A stretch of 50,048 nucleotides of DNA from an uncultured Nitrospirota bacterium (lineage in GTDB: Bacteria; Nitrospirota; Thermodesulfovibrionia; Thermodesulfovibrionales; CALJEL01), in assembly GCA_947085365.1 (NCBI GenBank), contig CAMTWD010000009.1, positions 1 to 50,048 on the forward strand, given 5' to 3'. A program made the translations under genes and the position numbers. Under the pieces are notes generated by a model, which searched no databases, was not told where the DNA came from, and was given only the letters and a program-made list of their open reading frames with translations. This document shows, one piece after another, positions 29,482 to 40,244 of the stretch (positions are counted from its first letter, which is position 1; the number at the start of each line of letters is the position of its first letter).

Positions 29482-29901
29482 ATGCCAAGTTATGTAATTA
29501 CGGAAAAGTGTGATGGCTGTAAGGCCCAGGATAAGACAGCATGCCAGTACATCTGCCCTCACGATCTGATGACCCTTGACAGGGAAAAGATGAAGGCCTA
29601 CAATCAGGAGCCAGAGCAGTGCTGGGAGTGCTACAACTGCGTGAAGATATGTCCGCAGCAGGCGGTTGAGGTAAGGGGCTACGCAGACTACATCCCCCTT
29701 GGGGGCAGTGTCTATCCTATGAGGGGTTCTGACTCCATAATGTGGACAATCAAATTCAGAAATGGTGTTATCAAGAGGTTCAAGTTCCCCATAAGGCTTA
29801 CACCAGAGGGTTCGATTGATCCCTATAAGGGAGCTCCAGAGCCAGACTATTCAAAGATCAAACAGCCTGGCTTTTTCAATTATGAAGCCAGGAAGGCTTA
29901 A
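29482..29901 (+). CDS. aprB: Adenylylsulfate reductase beta subunit
   Basis: Two ferredoxin-type Cys clusters (CDGCKAQDKTACQYICP, CWECYNCVKICP). Strong SD AAGGAGGA. Directly upstream of aprA. Confidence 0.95.
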   Translation: MPSYVITEKCDGCKAQDKTACQYICPHDLMTLDREKMKAYNQEPEQCWECYNCVKICPQQAVEVRGYADYIPLGGSVYPMRGSDSIMWTIKFRNGVIKRFKFPIRLTPEGSIDPYKGAPEPDYSKIKQPGFFNYEARKA

Positions 29902-29920
29902 AATCTAAGGAGGTGTAACA

Positions 29921-31957
29921 ATGGAAAAAGAGACCTGCACATTTTCGTATTGTCAGAGACCAGAGGTCGTTACTGTAGAGACAGACTTTCTTATAATTGG
30001 TGGTGGAATGGCTGCCTGTGGTGCTGCTTATGAGGCAGTTGTTTGGGCAAATCCAAAGAAGATAAGGGTAACAATGGTTGATAAGGCAGCAACAGACCGC
30101 AGTGGTGCAGTTGCCATGGGTCTCAGCGCTATAAACACCTATATGGGTGGAAACAAGATAGAGGATTATGTCAAGTATGTCAGGAATGACCTTATGGGCA
30201 TAATCAGGGAAGACCTTGTATATGACCTCGGAAGGCATGTGGATGATTCAGTGCACAAGTTCGAGGAATGGGGTCTTCCTATATGGAAGAAGGGTGATGA
30301 CGGATTCTCCCTTGACGGATTCCAGGCAAGGGATGCTGGAAAGCCCCTTCTTAAGGATTGTAAGAGTGATGAGGAGAGGGAGAAGCTTGTTGTCAGGTCT
30401 GGTAAGTGGCAGATCATGATAAATGGTGAGTCCTACAAGGTAATAGTCGCTGAGGCTGCAAAGAAGGCCCTTGAGTTAAACAGGCAGGTGACAGGGGTTC
30501 CCCAGAATCTCTTTGAGAGGGTCTTTATAACAAAGCTTCTCATGGATAAGAATAGGCCCAATACAGTCTGTGGTGCCATAGGCTTCAGCGTCAGGGAGAA
30601 TAAGGCCTATGTATTTAAGGCAAAGGCGATCCTTCTTGTCCCTGGTGGATGCGTTAATGTCTTCAGGCCCCGTTCCGTTGGTGAGGGAATGGGAAGGACA
30701 TGGTTCCCTGTCTGGAACGCAGGCTCAGGATATGCCATGGGTGCCTGGGCGGGTGCAGAGCTTGTGCAGATGGAAAACAGGTTCGTTCCAGCAAGGTTCA
30801 AGGATGGTTATGGACCTGTTGGGGCATGGTTCCTCTTCTTTAAGGCAAAGGCGACGGATTCAATGAGAGAAGACTATTGTGCCAATCAGGAATATATTGC
30901 AGAGGCAAAGAAGAAATATGGCAAATATGTTGATTACATGGGGACCGCCATCAGAAACCACTTCATGATGGAGGCAATGATTCGTGGTAAGGGCCCCATT
31001 ATGATGTGGACAAATGAGGCGATGGCAGCGATCAGCAAGCAGATGATAGAGAAGCTCGGTGAGAAAGAGGGAATGAAGAAGGTGAAACACCTTGAGGCAG
31101 AGGCATGGGAGGACTTCCTTGACATGACTATTGGTCAGGCTGGAATGTGGGCAGCAAATAATATTGAGCCTGATAAGGTCCCTTCCGAGATCATTCCTTC
31201 AGAGCCCTATCTCCTCGGATCCCATGCAGGTTGTGCAGGGTTCTGGGTAAGTGGTCCTGGTGATATACCCGGTGCACCAGCCCACTGGCACTGGGGTTAT
31301 AACAGGATGTCCACTGTAAATGGCCTCTTTATGGCTGGTGATACCTGCGGTGCCTCAGGTCACAAGTTCTCCTCTGGTTCACATGCAGAGGGCAGGATTG
31401 CCGGAAAGGCCGCTATTGCCTACATCCTTGACAATCCTGATTTCGTCCCAACACCAAGGGAGAATATTGATGAGCTTATTGCTGAGATGTACCTGCCCTT
31501 TGAGGTCTATGAGAAGTACAAGACCTACACGACATCACCACATTATATCAGCGTGAATCCTTACTTTATTAAGCCTGACCAGTTCCAGAAGAGGCTCATG
31601 AAGATCGCTGACGAGTACTTCGGTGGTGTCAATACATGGTTCAAGACCAGTGCTACTATGATCCAGGAAGGCTTGAGGAGGCTTCAGCTCCTCAAGGAGG
31701 ATGCTAACAGGCTTGCTGCATCCAACCTCCATGAGCTCCTCAGGTGCTGGGAGAACTATCACAGGGTGATTGCTGCTGAGGCCCACGCAAGATCAATACT
31801 CTTCAGGGAGGATACCAGGTATCCTGGATACTACTACAGGGCTGACAAGGACTTCATCGATGACGAGAACTGGAAGTGCTTCACAATTGCAAAATACGAT
31901 GCTGAAAAGGATGAGTGGACCTTCAGGAAAGAGCCTTACGTCCAGATCTTTCCCTGA
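29921..31957 (+). CDS. aprA: Adenylylsulfate reductase alpha subunit
   Basis: FAD-binding IIGGGMAACGAA, fumarate-reductase-family flavoprotein architecture, 678 aa. Confidence 0.95.
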   Translation: MEKETCTFSYCQRPEVVTVETDFLIIGGGMAACGAAYEAVVWANPKKIRVTMVDKAATDRSGAVAMGLSAINTYMGGNKIEDYVKYVRNDLMGIIREDLVYDLGRHVDDSVHKFEEWGLPIWKKGDDGFSLDGFQARDAGKPLLKDCKSDEEREKLVVRSGKWQIMINGESYKVIVAEAAKKALELNRQVTGVPQNLFERVFITKLLMDKNRPNTVCGAIGFSVRENKAYVFKAKAILLVPGGCVNVFRPRSVGEGMGRTWFPVWNAGSGYAMGAWAGAELVQMENRFVPARFKDGYGPVGAWFLFFKAKATDSMREDYCANQEYIAEAKKKYGKYVDYMGTAIRNHFMMEAMIRGKGPIMMWTNEAMAAISKQMIEKLGEKEGMKKVKHLEAEAWEDFLDMTIGQAGMWAANNIEPDKVPSEIIPSEPYLLGSHAGCAGFWVSGPGDIPGAPAHWHWGYNRMSTVNGLFMAGDTCGASGHKFSSGSHAEGRIAGKAAIAYILDNPDFVPTPRENIDELIAEMYLPFEVYEKYKTYTTSPHYISVNPYFIKPDQFQKRLMKIADEYFGGVNTWFKTSATMIQEGLRRLQLLKEDANRLAASNLHELLRCWENYHRVIAAEAHARSILFREDTRYPGYYYRADKDFIDDENWKCFTIAKYDAEKDEWTFRKEPYVQIFP

Positions 31958-31984
31958 TGCTTAGATCTTAGTAGGTCAGAAGGT

Positions 31985-32012
31985 GGAGGCTACCGAGTGT
32001 AGCCTCCATTTT
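31985..32012 (+). terminator. Intrinsic terminator/attenuator between aprA and qmoA
   Basis: 9-bp stem GGAGGCTAC / GTAGCCTCC with loop cgagt, followed by ATTTT. Confidence 0.6.
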
Positions 32013-32054
32013 CAGACTTACTATCAAGGTGTCAGAAGACGAAGGAGGTCGTAG

Positions 32055-33305
32055 ATGTCAGACAATAAAACTATCCTTATAATAGGTGGCGGAATGAGCG
32101 GTCTTACAGCAGGGATAGACGCTGCTGAGGCAGGATACAATGTGGTGATAATTGAACGGAATCCTTACCTTGGTGGAAGGGTAGCCCAGTTAAACAAATA
32201 TTTTCCTAAGCTCTGTCCTCCCCTCTGTGGCCTTGAGATAAACTACAGAAGGATAAGGACAAATCCCAGCATCACCTTTTATACAATGGCTGAGGTTGAG
32301 AAGGTATCAGGTGGACCGGGCAATTACGATGTCACCATAAAGATAAGACCAAGATATGTGAATGAGAAGTGCACAGGTTGTAATGCCTGTGCAGAGGTCT
32401 GTCCTGAGGAGAGACCTGATGAATTTAACTTTGGCCTTTCAAAGACAAAGGCAGCCTATCTACCCTTTGATCAGGCCTTTCCTTTTAGATATATTATTGA
32501 TGATAAATACTGTAAGGGTCCCTCCTGTGCAAGATGTAAAGATGCCTGTAAATACGATGCAATTAATTTAGAGGAGAAACCTGAGAGTATTAATATAAAG
32601 GCTGGTGCTATTGTCTTAACGACCGGATGGAACCCCTACGATGCCACAAGGATTGATAATCTTGGTTTTGGAACTGTAAAGAATGTTATTACGAATATGA
32701 TGATGGAGAGGCTGGCTGCCCAGAATGGCCCCACAAAGGGAAGGATCGTGAGGCCCTCTGATGGAAAACCTGTCCAGACCATAGGATTTGTTCAGTGTGC
32801 TGGCTCAAGGGATGAGAATCATCTGCACTTCTGCTCCTATATATGCTGTATGGCCTCCATGAAACAGGCCCTGTATCTGTGGGAGCAGAATCCTGATGCA
32901 AAGGTCTACATCTTCTACATAGACATAAGGACACCTGGAAGATATGAGCAATTCTTCTGGAAGGTAAAGGATAATCCAAATGCCACACTTATAAAGGGAA
33001 AGGTTGCAAGGGTTGCCCAGGCAGAGGGTGACGATGTGATTGTTGAGGCAGAGGATATGCTCTCAGGCAAGCTTATAAGGCAGAGGGTTGATATGCTTGT
33101 GCTTGCAACGGGAATGGAACCTTCAGCAAAGACTATGAGGCCTCCGGTACCTATAACATTTAATGAGCAGGGATTTGCTGTACCTGAGGACAGTGGTATT
33201 CTTGCTGCAGGTTGTGCAAAGAATCCCTTTGATGTGGCAAAGTCTGTGCAGGATGCCACAGGTGCAGCATTAAAGGCAATACAGCGGATAGTAGGAGGTA
33301 AATAA
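32055..33305 (+). CDS. qmoA: Quinone-interacting membrane-bound oxidoreductase subunit A (HdrA-like flavoprotein)
   Basis: IIGGGMSGLTAG FAD fold, FeS Cys motif CTGCNACAEVCP, VQCAGSRD block. Position after aprBA. Confidence 0.9.
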   Translation: MSDNKTILIIGGGMSGLTAGIDAAEAGYNVVIIERNPYLGGRVAQLNKYFPKLCPPLCGLEINYRRIRTNPSITFYTMAEVEKVSGGPGNYDVTIKIRPRYVNEKCTGCNACAEVCPEERPDEFNFGLSKTKAAYLPFDQAFPFRYIIDDKYCKGPSCARCKDACKYDAINLEEKPESINIKAGAIVLTTGWNPYDATRIDNLGFGTVKNVITNMMMERLAAQNGPTKGRIVRPSDGKPVQTIGFVQCAGSRDENHLHFCSYICCMASMKQALYLWEQNPDAKVYIFYIDIRTPGRYEQFFWKVKDNPNATLIKGKVARVAQAEGDDVIVEAEDMLSGKLIRQRVDMLVLATGMEPSAKTMRPPVPITFNEQGFAVPEDSGILAAGCAKNPFDVAKSVQDATGAALKAIQRIVGGK

Positions 33306-35518
33306 TGGAGAAGAAGATAGCCGTATATATATGTGAGGGTTGCGGAATAAGTGATGCAATCAATACAGAGAAGCTTGAGAAGACTGTGAGGAATTTCCCT
33401 GTCAAGAGACATCCTGCCTTCTGCAGTCCTGAGGGTGTGGAGATTATAAAGAATGACATGAAGAATGAAGGGATTAACACGATAGTCATCGCAGCCTGTT
33501 CTCCGAGGGTTAAATATGAGGTCTTTGATTTTCCTGGTTCAATTGTGGAGAGGGTGAACATAAGGGAGCTCGTTGCCTGGAGTCTTGAACCGAAGGATGA
33601 GCTTACTCAGGCTGCAGCAGAGGATTATCTCAGGATGGGTATGGTAAAGGTCCAGAAGTCAGACCTTCCTGATCCGTATATTCAGGATACAGTAAAGACC
33701 ATACTCGTTATAGGTGGTGGTGTTACAGGGTTGACAGCAGCCCTTGAGGCAGCAAAGGCAGGCTATAAGGTATATCTGGTAGAGAAGGAGGCAGAGCTTG
33801 GAGGATTTGCAAGGCGGCTTTATAAGCAGGTCACAAGGACATCACCTTACAGGCTTGTAGACCCAACGGTGTATTCACTTATAAAGGAGGTAGAGTCCCA
33901 TCCCAATATACAGGTATTTAAACCAGCAAAGGTGCTGAAGACCGATGGTCAGCCAGGGATGTGGGATGTAACAATTCAGGTTAATGGTAAAGAAGAGGTG
34001 ATCCGCATTGGAGCAATTGTCTTGGCAGTGGGATGGAGGCCTTATGATGCAACAAGGCTGGGACATCTTGGATATGGAAGGTACAGGGATGTGGTTACAA
34101 ATATAGAATTTGAGGAGATGGCAAAGAAGGGAAAACTTCTGAGGCCATCTGATGGGAAGGAGATCAAGAGGGTTGCCTTTGTTCAGTGCGCTGGTTCAAG
34201 AGATCCAGATCATCTTCCTTACTGTTCCTCTTACTGCTGTGCTACTTCCCTGAAACAGGCTAAATATGTGAGGGAGTTAGTAGAGGATGGTCTTGCCTTT
34301 ATCATATATAAGGATATGAGGACACCTGGTCAGCATGAATTATTTTATAAAGAGATACAGAATGATCCTGGTATAATGCTTACAAAAGGAGAGGTAACAG
34401 GTGTATCTGAGGAGAATGGAAGGCTCTATGTAGAGGCTGAAAGCACCATCTTTATGGAAGAAAAGGTGAAGGTCGAGGCCGATCTTGTTGTCCTTGCTGT
34501 AGGAATGGTTCCTACTACGAGGGAGTCTCAGGAATATCTTGAAGGATTGAGGGAGGCCTCTCTAAAAGGTGATGAGGCAAAGAAGGCCTACATAGAATCA
34601 ACACCAAGACCTGAATTTATCCTGAATCTTAATTACAGACAGGGTCCCGAGATCCCACCCTTTATCGAAAAGGGTAGCTATGGTTTTGCTGACTCAAACT
34701 TTATATGCTTCCAGTATGAGACACGAAGGACTGGTATTTATGCTGCAGGATGTGTGAGACAGCCCATGACAATTCAGGAGGCGCAGGATGATGCAGCAGG
34801 AGCAGCCCTGAAGGCTATCCAGGCAGTGGAGCATGTGGCAAAGGGAATAGCAGTTCATCCAAGGGCATGGGATATGACCTATCCTGATGCATTGCTTCTG
34901 AGATGCACAGCCTGTAAGCGCTGTACAGAGGAGTGTCCTTTTGGTGCTATTGATGAGGATGAAAAGGGTATACCTTATTACAAGCCTAACAGGTGTAGGC
35001 GTTGTGCTACCTGTCTTGGAGCCTGTCCTGAAAGGATTGTCTCATTCAAGGACTACAGTGTTGATATGATATCAAGCATGATTAAGTCTATAGAGGTGCC
35101 TGAAGAGGGTCTTATGATGCTTGCCTTTGTTTGCGAGAACGATGCCTATCCAGCACTGGATACAGCAGGCATTAACAGGCTCAAACTACCACCAAATCTC
35201 AGGATAATACCTTTGAGGTGTCTTGGCTCGATGAACCTTGTATGGATTGCCGATGCCCTCTCAAGGGGGATAGATGGTGCGATACTCCTTGGATGTAAAT
35301 TTGGTGAGGATTATCAGTGCCACTTTGTTAAAGGAAGTGAGCTTGCCAATTACAGGCTTGGAAAGGTTCAGGAGACCCTTGGAAGGCTTCAGCTTGAGTC
35401 AGAGAGGGTGAGGATGGTTCAGCTATCCATAACGGATTACAACAGACTTCCTGAGATTATAAATGAGTTTGTTGAGAAGATAAATGAACTCGGTCCAAAT
35501 CCATATAAAGGTTTCTGA
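33305..35518 (+). CDS. qmoB: Qmo subunit B (HdrA-like with MvhD-like C-terminal domain)
   Basis: VIGGGVTGLTAA, VQCAGSRD, ferredoxin motifs CTACKRCTEECP and CRRCATCLGACP, C-terminal MvhD-like domain (FVCENDAYPALD). Confidence 0.9.
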   Translation: MEKKIAVYICEGCGISDAINTEKLEKTVRNFPVKRHPAFCSPEGVEIIKNDMKNEGINTIVIAACSPRVKYEVFDFPGSIVERVNIRELVAWSLEPKDELTQAAAEDYLRMGMVKVQKSDLPDPYIQDTVKTILVIGGGVTGLTAALEAAKAGYKVYLVEKEAELGGFARRLYKQVTRTSPYRLVDPTVYSLIKEVESHPNIQVFKPAKVLKTDGQPGMWDVTIQVNGKEEVIRIGAIVLAVGWRPYDATRLGHLGYGRYRDVVTNIEFEEMAKKGKLLRPSDGKEIKRVAFVQCAGSRDPDHLPYCSSYCCATSLKQAKYVRELVEDGLAFIIYKDMRTPGQHELFYKEIQNDPGIMLTKGEVTGVSEENGRLYVEAESTIFMEEKVKVEADLVVLAVGMVPTTRESQEYLEGLREASLKGDEAKKAYIESTPRPEFILNLNYRQGPEIPPFIEKGSYGFADSNFICFQYETRRTGIYAAGCVRQPMTIQEAQDDAAGAALKAIQAVEHVAKGIAVHPRAWDMTYPDALLLRCTACKRCTEECPFGAIDEDEKGIPYYKPNRCRRCATCLGACPERIVSFKDYSVDMISSMIKSIEVPEEGLMMLAFVCENDAYPALDTAGINRLKLPPNLRIIPLRCLGSMNLVWIADALSRGIDGAILLGCKFGEDYQCHFVKGSELANYRLGKVQETLGRLQLESERVRMVQLSITDYNRLPEIINEFVEKINELGPNPYKGF

Positions 35519-35547
35519 TTGAACTTTTATTTAAAAGGAGGTCATGA

Positions 35548-36738
35548 ATGGCTGAGGTTATAAAACCCGATCTGAATTTTGTGAAGGAGGTTATAAAGGC
35601 TGGTGGAAAAGACCTGAAGAAGTGCTATCAATGCTCCACCTGCACAGTGGTATGCAATGTAACGCAGGACAACAGGCCCTTCCCAAGGAAGGAGATGCTT
35701 TATGCCCAGTGGGGTCTTAAGGAGAGATTATTCTCAAATCCTGATATATGGCTCTGTCATCAGTGCAGTGACTGCACTGCCTACTGTCCGAGGGGTGCAA
35801 AGCCAGGAGAGGTCCTTGCTGCAATAAGAAGACTTGCTATTAAAGAGCATTCCTGGCCGAGGTTTCTTGGCAACCTTGTTAATAGCCCCCTTTATTTAAT
35901 ATTCCTCTTTGCAGTTCCGGTCATCCTCTTCCTTATTGGGGCTAATGGAAATCCCTTTAATCCCGACTCCATACCAAGGGGTGAGGATGGAAGTATCGTC
36001 TATTCTAAATTCATGCCTATAAACACAGTGATTGACCCTATATTCATTGCTGCTGCGGCCTTTGCCGTGGCCTCATTTATAATGGGTGTAAAAAGATACT
36101 GGAATACCCTCAAGTCCGGAGGATATGAGCCTAAGTCCCAGAGCTTGACTGCCACCTTTATAAATACCCTTAAGGAGATCCTCCTTCACAAACAGTTTTC
36201 GAGGTGTAATCTCACGAGGGCAAGGTCTATTAGCCACCTCCTCACCTTCTATGGCTTTGTGGGGCTCTTTATTACAACCTCCTGGGTAGTGGTCTATCTT
36301 TATGGATATGAGATATTTGGTATCCAGCCCTTTGGAATATTCCATTTTGGTGAGTCTCCCTATCCCCTTTATGATCCTGTAAAGATAGTGGGGAATATAA
36401 GTGCCCTTTCCCTTATAATCGGCATAACCCTTATAGTTCTATTCAGGTTGATAAATGCACCAAAGGCAGGGATTGGAAGTTACTTCGACTGGCTCCTGAT
36501 AGTTGTGATATATGTTATTACAGTAACAGGGATACTCTCACAGGTATTGAGGTTGCTGAATGTGGCAAGCCTTGCCTATCCTGTATACTTTATTCATCTT
36601 GTATTCGTCTTCTTCCTTTTTGCCTATGCGCCATTTTCTAAGATGGCCCATATGGTCTACAGGACAACTGCAATGGTCTTTGCAAGGCACAATGGTATAG
36701 TTTCAAAGGAACTCATTACTGAGAGGAAGGCAAGTTGA
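35548..36738 (+). CDS. qmoC: Qmo subunit C (HdrC/HdrE-like FeS + membrane heme b protein)
   Basis: N-terminal CYQCSTCTVVC and CHQCSDCTAYCP, followed by about 6 TM helices. Confidence 0.88.
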   Translation: MAEVIKPDLNFVKEVIKAGGKDLKKCYQCSTCTVVCNVTQDNRPFPRKEMLYAQWGLKERLFSNPDIWLCHQCSDCTAYCPRGAKPGEVLAAIRRLAIKEHSWPRFLGNLVNSPLYLIFLFAVPVILFLIGANGNPFNPDSIPRGEDGSIVYSKFMPINTVIDPIFIAAAAFAVASFIMGVKRYWNTLKSGGYEPKSQSLTATFINTLKEILLHKQFSRCNLTRARSISHLLTFYGFVGLFITTSWVVVYLYGYEIFGIQPFGIFHFGESPYPLYDPVKIVGNISALSLIIGITLIVLFRLINAPKAGIGSYFDWLLIVVIYVITVTGILSQVLRLLNVASLAYPVYFIHLVFVFFLFAYAPFSKMAHMVYRTTAMVFARHNGIVSKELITERKAS

Positions 36739-37169
36739 CAATTCGAGAGCTTTTGAAGGAAAAGGGTTCTGAGCTCATAGGTGTTCATCCTGATACACCT
36801 GTGGCAAAGGCAATAGAAAAGATGGTGGACAGGAATATCGGGGCAGTTATGATCCTTGATGAGTCAGGGAAGCCCTTAGGACTTTTTACTGAAAGGGATG
36901 CCTTAAGGGCATGGGTAAAGGCTGGTAAGAATTTTGAGGGGCTGAGGGTAAAGGATATAATGACAGTGGACCTTGTTGTTGTAAAACCTGATGATGACCT
37001 CAATACAGCCATGGGCATCATGAATAAACTGAAGATAAGACACCTTCCTGTTGTTGAGGGTGGGAAGGTTATAGGGATAATATCCATGAGGGATGTGGTC
37101 AATAGCCTTGTGGGTAAGCTTGAGGCAGAGGTGCATTATCTGAAGGAATATATTTCTGAGGGAGTTTAA
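36735..37169 (+). CDS. CBS-domain pair protein
   Basis: Two CBS repeats (VGAVMILDESGKPLGLFTERD, HLPVVEGGKVIGIISMRD). TTG start overlaps the qmoC stop. Confidence 0.8.
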   Translation: MTIRELLKEKGSELIGVHPDTPVAKAIEKMVDRNIGAVMILDESGKPLGLFTERDALRAWVKAGKNFEGLRVKDIMTVDLVVVKPDDDLNTAMGIMNKLKIRHLPVVEGGKVIGIISMRDVVNSLVGKLEAEVHYLKEYISEGV

Positions 37170-37174
37170 GGTAA

Positions 37175-37214
37175 TTCAGTGGCGAAGTAACAGTCTTAGT
37201 GGCGAGGTAACAGT
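37175..37214 (+). repeat. Two tandem 20-nt family-A copies between the CBS gene and hppA
   Basis: ttcagtggcgaagtaacagt cttagtggcgaggtaacagt. Confidence 0.95.
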
Positions 37215-37280
37215 TTTTGATGACAGCTGAGCTGGCATGGTCATTAAAACCATAAATTAATCAAAAAGGAGGTAAGGGAG

Positions 37281-39332
37281 ATGAACACCATTTTTATCAT
37301 TGCCCTTTTGAGTGGGGTCATTGGAGTTGCCTTTGCACTGCTCACTGCCCAGTGGGTTCTTAAACAGCCCAGTGGCACTGAGAGGATGAGGGCAATCTCC
37401 GATGCCGTGAGAGAAGGTGCTCAGGCCTTTTTGAGTCGTGAGTACAGGACAGTTGCAATAGCAGGTGCCGTGATATTCCTTTTGATCATCATTGCAGGTC
37501 TTGGGATATGGACTGCTATTGGCTTTCTGATCGGTGCCTGTGGATCGGCCCTTGCAGGTTACATAGGTATGATGGTTACTGTAAGAAGCAATGTCAGGAC
37601 TGCAGAAGCTGCTCGCAAGGGACTTGATCCTGCCCTTAAGCTTGCCTTCCGTGGTGGGTCTGTTACAGGCATGATGGTTGTGGGTCTTGCCATACTCAGT
37701 ATTGCTGGATACTATTTGATCGTCCGGGGTATTGAGCCTGATGTGGAGAAGGCCTTTCATGCCCTTGTGGGTCTTGGTTTTGGTTGCTCCCTTATGAGTG
37801 TCTTTGCCCGTATAGCTGGAGGTATTTATACAAAGGCAGCTGATGTGGGAGCTGACCTTGTAGGTAAGGTTGAGGCTGGCATTCCAGAGGATGATCCAAG
37901 GAACCCTGCTGTTATTGCTGACAATGTGGGTGACAATGTTGGTGACTGTGCAGGGATGGCTGCTGACCTTTATGAGACATATGTTGTTACAGTTGTGGCA
38001 GGTATGCTTCTTGCAAAGACCATCTTTGGTGCAGAGAGTGCATGGGTGGCATTTCCGCTCCTGATTGGTGCTATATCCATAATTGCCTCTATCCTTGGGA
38101 CATTCTTTGTAAGACTCGGCAAGAGCCAGTATATTATGGGAGCCCTTTATAAGGGACTTGCAGCATCGGGTATCCTTGCTGCTATTGGCTTTTACTTTGC
38201 AAGTCAGTGGTTCCTTTCTCTTCCTGAGGTTGATGCTGGCGTATTCACCCCAGTAAAGATATTCACCACTGCCCTTATAGGGCTCGTCCTTACTGGGTTG
38301 ATCGTGATGATTACTGAGTACTTCACATCCAAGAACTTCGCCCCTGTCAGACATATTGCAGCAGAAAGCCAGACGGGACATGCCACGAATATTATCGCTG
38401 GTCTTGCTGTGAGTATGAAGTCTACTGCCCTTCCAGTCCTTGCCATCTCAGGTGCAATCCTCTGGGCCTATTCCCTCGGAGGCGGTTTCAGTGGAGATCC
38501 TGGGTCAGGGCTTTTTGCCATAGCCCTTTCTGCTGTATCAATGCTTTCCATGACAGGAATAGTAGTATCCATAGACTCCTACGGACCAATAACAGATAAC
38601 GCTGGTGGTATAGCGGAGATGGCAGAGCTTCCAAAGGAGGTGAGGGCTGTTACAGATCCCCTTGATGCTGTTGGTAATACCACAAAGGCTGTAACAAAGG
38701 GATATGCTATCGGGTCTGCTGGTCTTGCGGCACTGGTGCTCTTTGCAGAGTATTCAAGGGCCTTTGGTGAGGCCCTCGTCTTTGAGCTTTCCAATCCAAA
38801 GGTTCTCGTTGGTCTCTTTATAGGTGGACTCCTGCCCTATTTATTTGGGGCTATGCTTATGGAGTCTGTTGGAAAGGCCGCTGGTAGTGTCGTTGAGGAA
38901 GTGAGGAGACAGTTCAGGGAGATCAAGGGAATCATGGAAGGAACGGCAAGACCTGAATATGGTAGATGTGTTGACATTGTTACAAAGTCTGCGATAAAGG
39001 AGATGATGATTCCAGCACTTCTTCCTGTGGTTGTTCCTATCCTTGTGGGATTCCTTATCGGTAAAGAGGCCCTTGGAGGTGTGCTTATCGGAAGTATTGT
39101 TACCGGACTCTTCCTGGCAATTGCCATGACAAGTGGTGGAGGAGCCTGGGATAATGCAAAGAAGTATATAGAGGACGGTGCCTACGGCGGAAAGAAGTCA
39201 GAGGCCCATAAGGCTGCTGTTACAGGTGACACCGTTGGTGATCCCTATAAGGATACGGCAGGCCCTGCAATCAACCCCATGATAAAGGTTGTAAATATAG
39301 TTGCCTTACTCATTGTTCCTTTGATTAAATAA
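37281..39332 (+). CDS. hppA: Membrane-bound ion-translocating pyrophosphatase
   Basis: [59 protein letters not shown]. About 16 TM helices. Confidence 0.95.
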   Translation: MNTIFIIALLSGVIGVAFALLTAQWVLKQPSGTERMRAISDAVREGAQAFLSREYRTVAIAGAVIFLLIIIAGLGIWTAIGFLIGACGSALAGYIGMMVTVRSNVRTAEAARKGLDPALKLAFRGGSVTGMMVVGLAILSIAGYYLIVRGIEPDVEKAFHALVGLGFGCSLMSVFARIAGGIYTKAADVGADLVGKVEAGIPEDDPRNPAVIADNVGDNVGDCAGMAADLYETYVVTVVAGMLLAKTIFGAESAWVAFPLLIGAISIIASILGTFFVRLGKSQYIMGALYKGLAASGILAAIGFYFASQWFLSLPEVDAGVFTPVKIFTTALIGLVLTGLIVMITEYFTSKNFAPVRHIAAESQTGHATNIIAGLAVSMKSTALPVLAISGAILWAYSLGGGFSGDPGSGLFAIALSAVSMLSMTGIVVSIDSYGPITDNAGGIAEMAELPKEVRAVTDPLDAVGNTTKAVTKGYAIGSAGLAALVLFAEYSRAFGEALVFELSNPKVLVGLFIGGLLPYLFGAMLMESVGKAAGSVVEEVRRQFREIKGIMEGTARPEYGRCVDIVTKSAIKEMMIPALLPVVVPILVGFLIGKEALGGVLIGSIVTGLFLAIAMTSGGGAWDNAKKYIEDGAYGGKKSEAHKAAVTGDTVGDPYKDTAGPAINPMIKVVNIVALLIVPLIK

Positions 39333-39340
39333 GCAGGTCT

Positions 39341-39360
39341 CTAAAGTGGCAAAGTAAAAG
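39341..39360 (+). repeat. Family-A copy, degenerate, just after the hppA stop
   Basis: ctaaagtggcaaagtaaaag. Confidence 0.45.
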
Positions 39361-39396
39361 GGGCTGACCTAAAAGGTCAGCCCTATTTTTTGTTTT
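39360..39396 (+). terminator. Intrinsic terminator after hppA
   Basis: GGGCTGACC-taaaa-GGTCAGCCC stem-loop followed by TATTTTTTGTTTT. Confidence 0.8.
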
Positions 39397-39422
39397 CAAA
39401 AGGGGTAAACACCTTTGTTCCC

Positions 39423-39440
39423 CTAAGTGGCGAAGTAACA
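39423..39440 (+). repeat. Family-A copy upstream of the ykgJ-like gene
   Basis: ctaagtggcgaagtaaca. Confidence 0.7.
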
Positions 39441-39458
39441 AACGTTCGGAGGTTTTAA

Positions 39459-40235
39459 ATGAAGCTTAATATGTCTCATGTTCATCCCGTTAGATACAAC
39501 CTTGATACAAGGTTTCGCTTTAGATGCCATAAGGGCATTAGCTGTTTTACAAGATGCTGTAGCAATATCGATATAATGCTTACACCCTATGATATAGTGG
39601 TTCTTAAAAAGAGGTTAAGGATTTCCTCTACAGAATTTCTTGAGAGATATACCTATACCACCATAGATGAGAAGACATCCCATCCCTTTGTCTTTCTGAG
39701 GATGCTTGATGATGAGGAAAGGAGATGCCCCTTTGTCAGCCCTGATGGATGCACCATTTATGATGCCAGACCTGTCAATTGTAGATATTATCCCGTTGGT
39801 CAGGGTGTGATCAAGACCTTAAGAGGTGAAAGGCCCGTTGCAGAAGACTTCTATTTTTTCCTCTCTGAGGATCATTGCAAGGGTTTTTTTGAAGATCAGG
39901 AATGGAGTATCAGGGAATGGAGAGAGGACCAAGGGGTGGAGATTTACGATGAATTGAATATGCCCTGGAGACTTATACAGTTAAGGAAGAACCTCCCTGG
40001 TAGTATCCTCGAACCAAGGAAACAGTCCCTTTACTACATGGCCTGTTTTGATCTTGACCGATTCAGAAGGTTTATTACAGAGAGTGGATTTGTTGAGTAT
40101 TTTGAGATTCCTGATGAGAGGTTTCAGGCACTTAAGAATGATGATATTGAGCTGATGAAATTTGGGTTTGACCTTGTAAAATATATTTTGATGATCGAAG
40201 AAACCCTTAAGCCAAGGCTCCTTAAAGAGAAATAG
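39459..40235 (+). CDS. YkgJ-family (UPF0153) Cys-cluster protein
   Basis: N-terminal CHKGISCFTRCC plus RCPF...GCTIYDARPVNCRYYP, typical of the YkgJ Zn/Fe-cluster family. Confidence 0.65.
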   Translation: MKLNMSHVHPVRYNLDTRFRFRCHKGISCFTRCCSNIDIMLTPYDIVVLKKRLRISSTEFLERYTYTTIDEKTSHPFVFLRMLDDEERRCPFVSPDGCTIYDARPVNCRYYPVGQGVIKTLRGERPVAEDFYFFLSEDHCKGFFEDQEWSIREWREDQGVEIYDELNMPWRLIQLRKNLPGSILEPRKQSLYYMACFDLDRFRRFITESGFVEYFEIPDERFQALKNDDIELMKFGFDLVKYILMIEETLKPRLLKEK

Positions 40236-40244
40236 AAAACCTCA

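Noticed and set aside
34388-34400. ggagaggtaacag in qmoB (KGEVTG) looks like a family-A copy.
   Set aside because: Only the 3' half matches. The residues align with the equivalent native segment of the paralogous QmoA (KGKVARV), so this is ordinary coding sequence and a chance partial match.
37257-38381. A 374-aa minus-strand ORF lies antisense to hppA.
   Set aside because: It is the shadow frame of a strongly recognisable pyrophosphatase gene, and its product is Cys/His/Thr-rich low-complexity sequence with no motifs. The same reasoning applies to the other antisense ORFs in the track (for example 3934-4413, 7110-7598, 10298-10804, 24579-25094, 32915-33412, 48034-48546).
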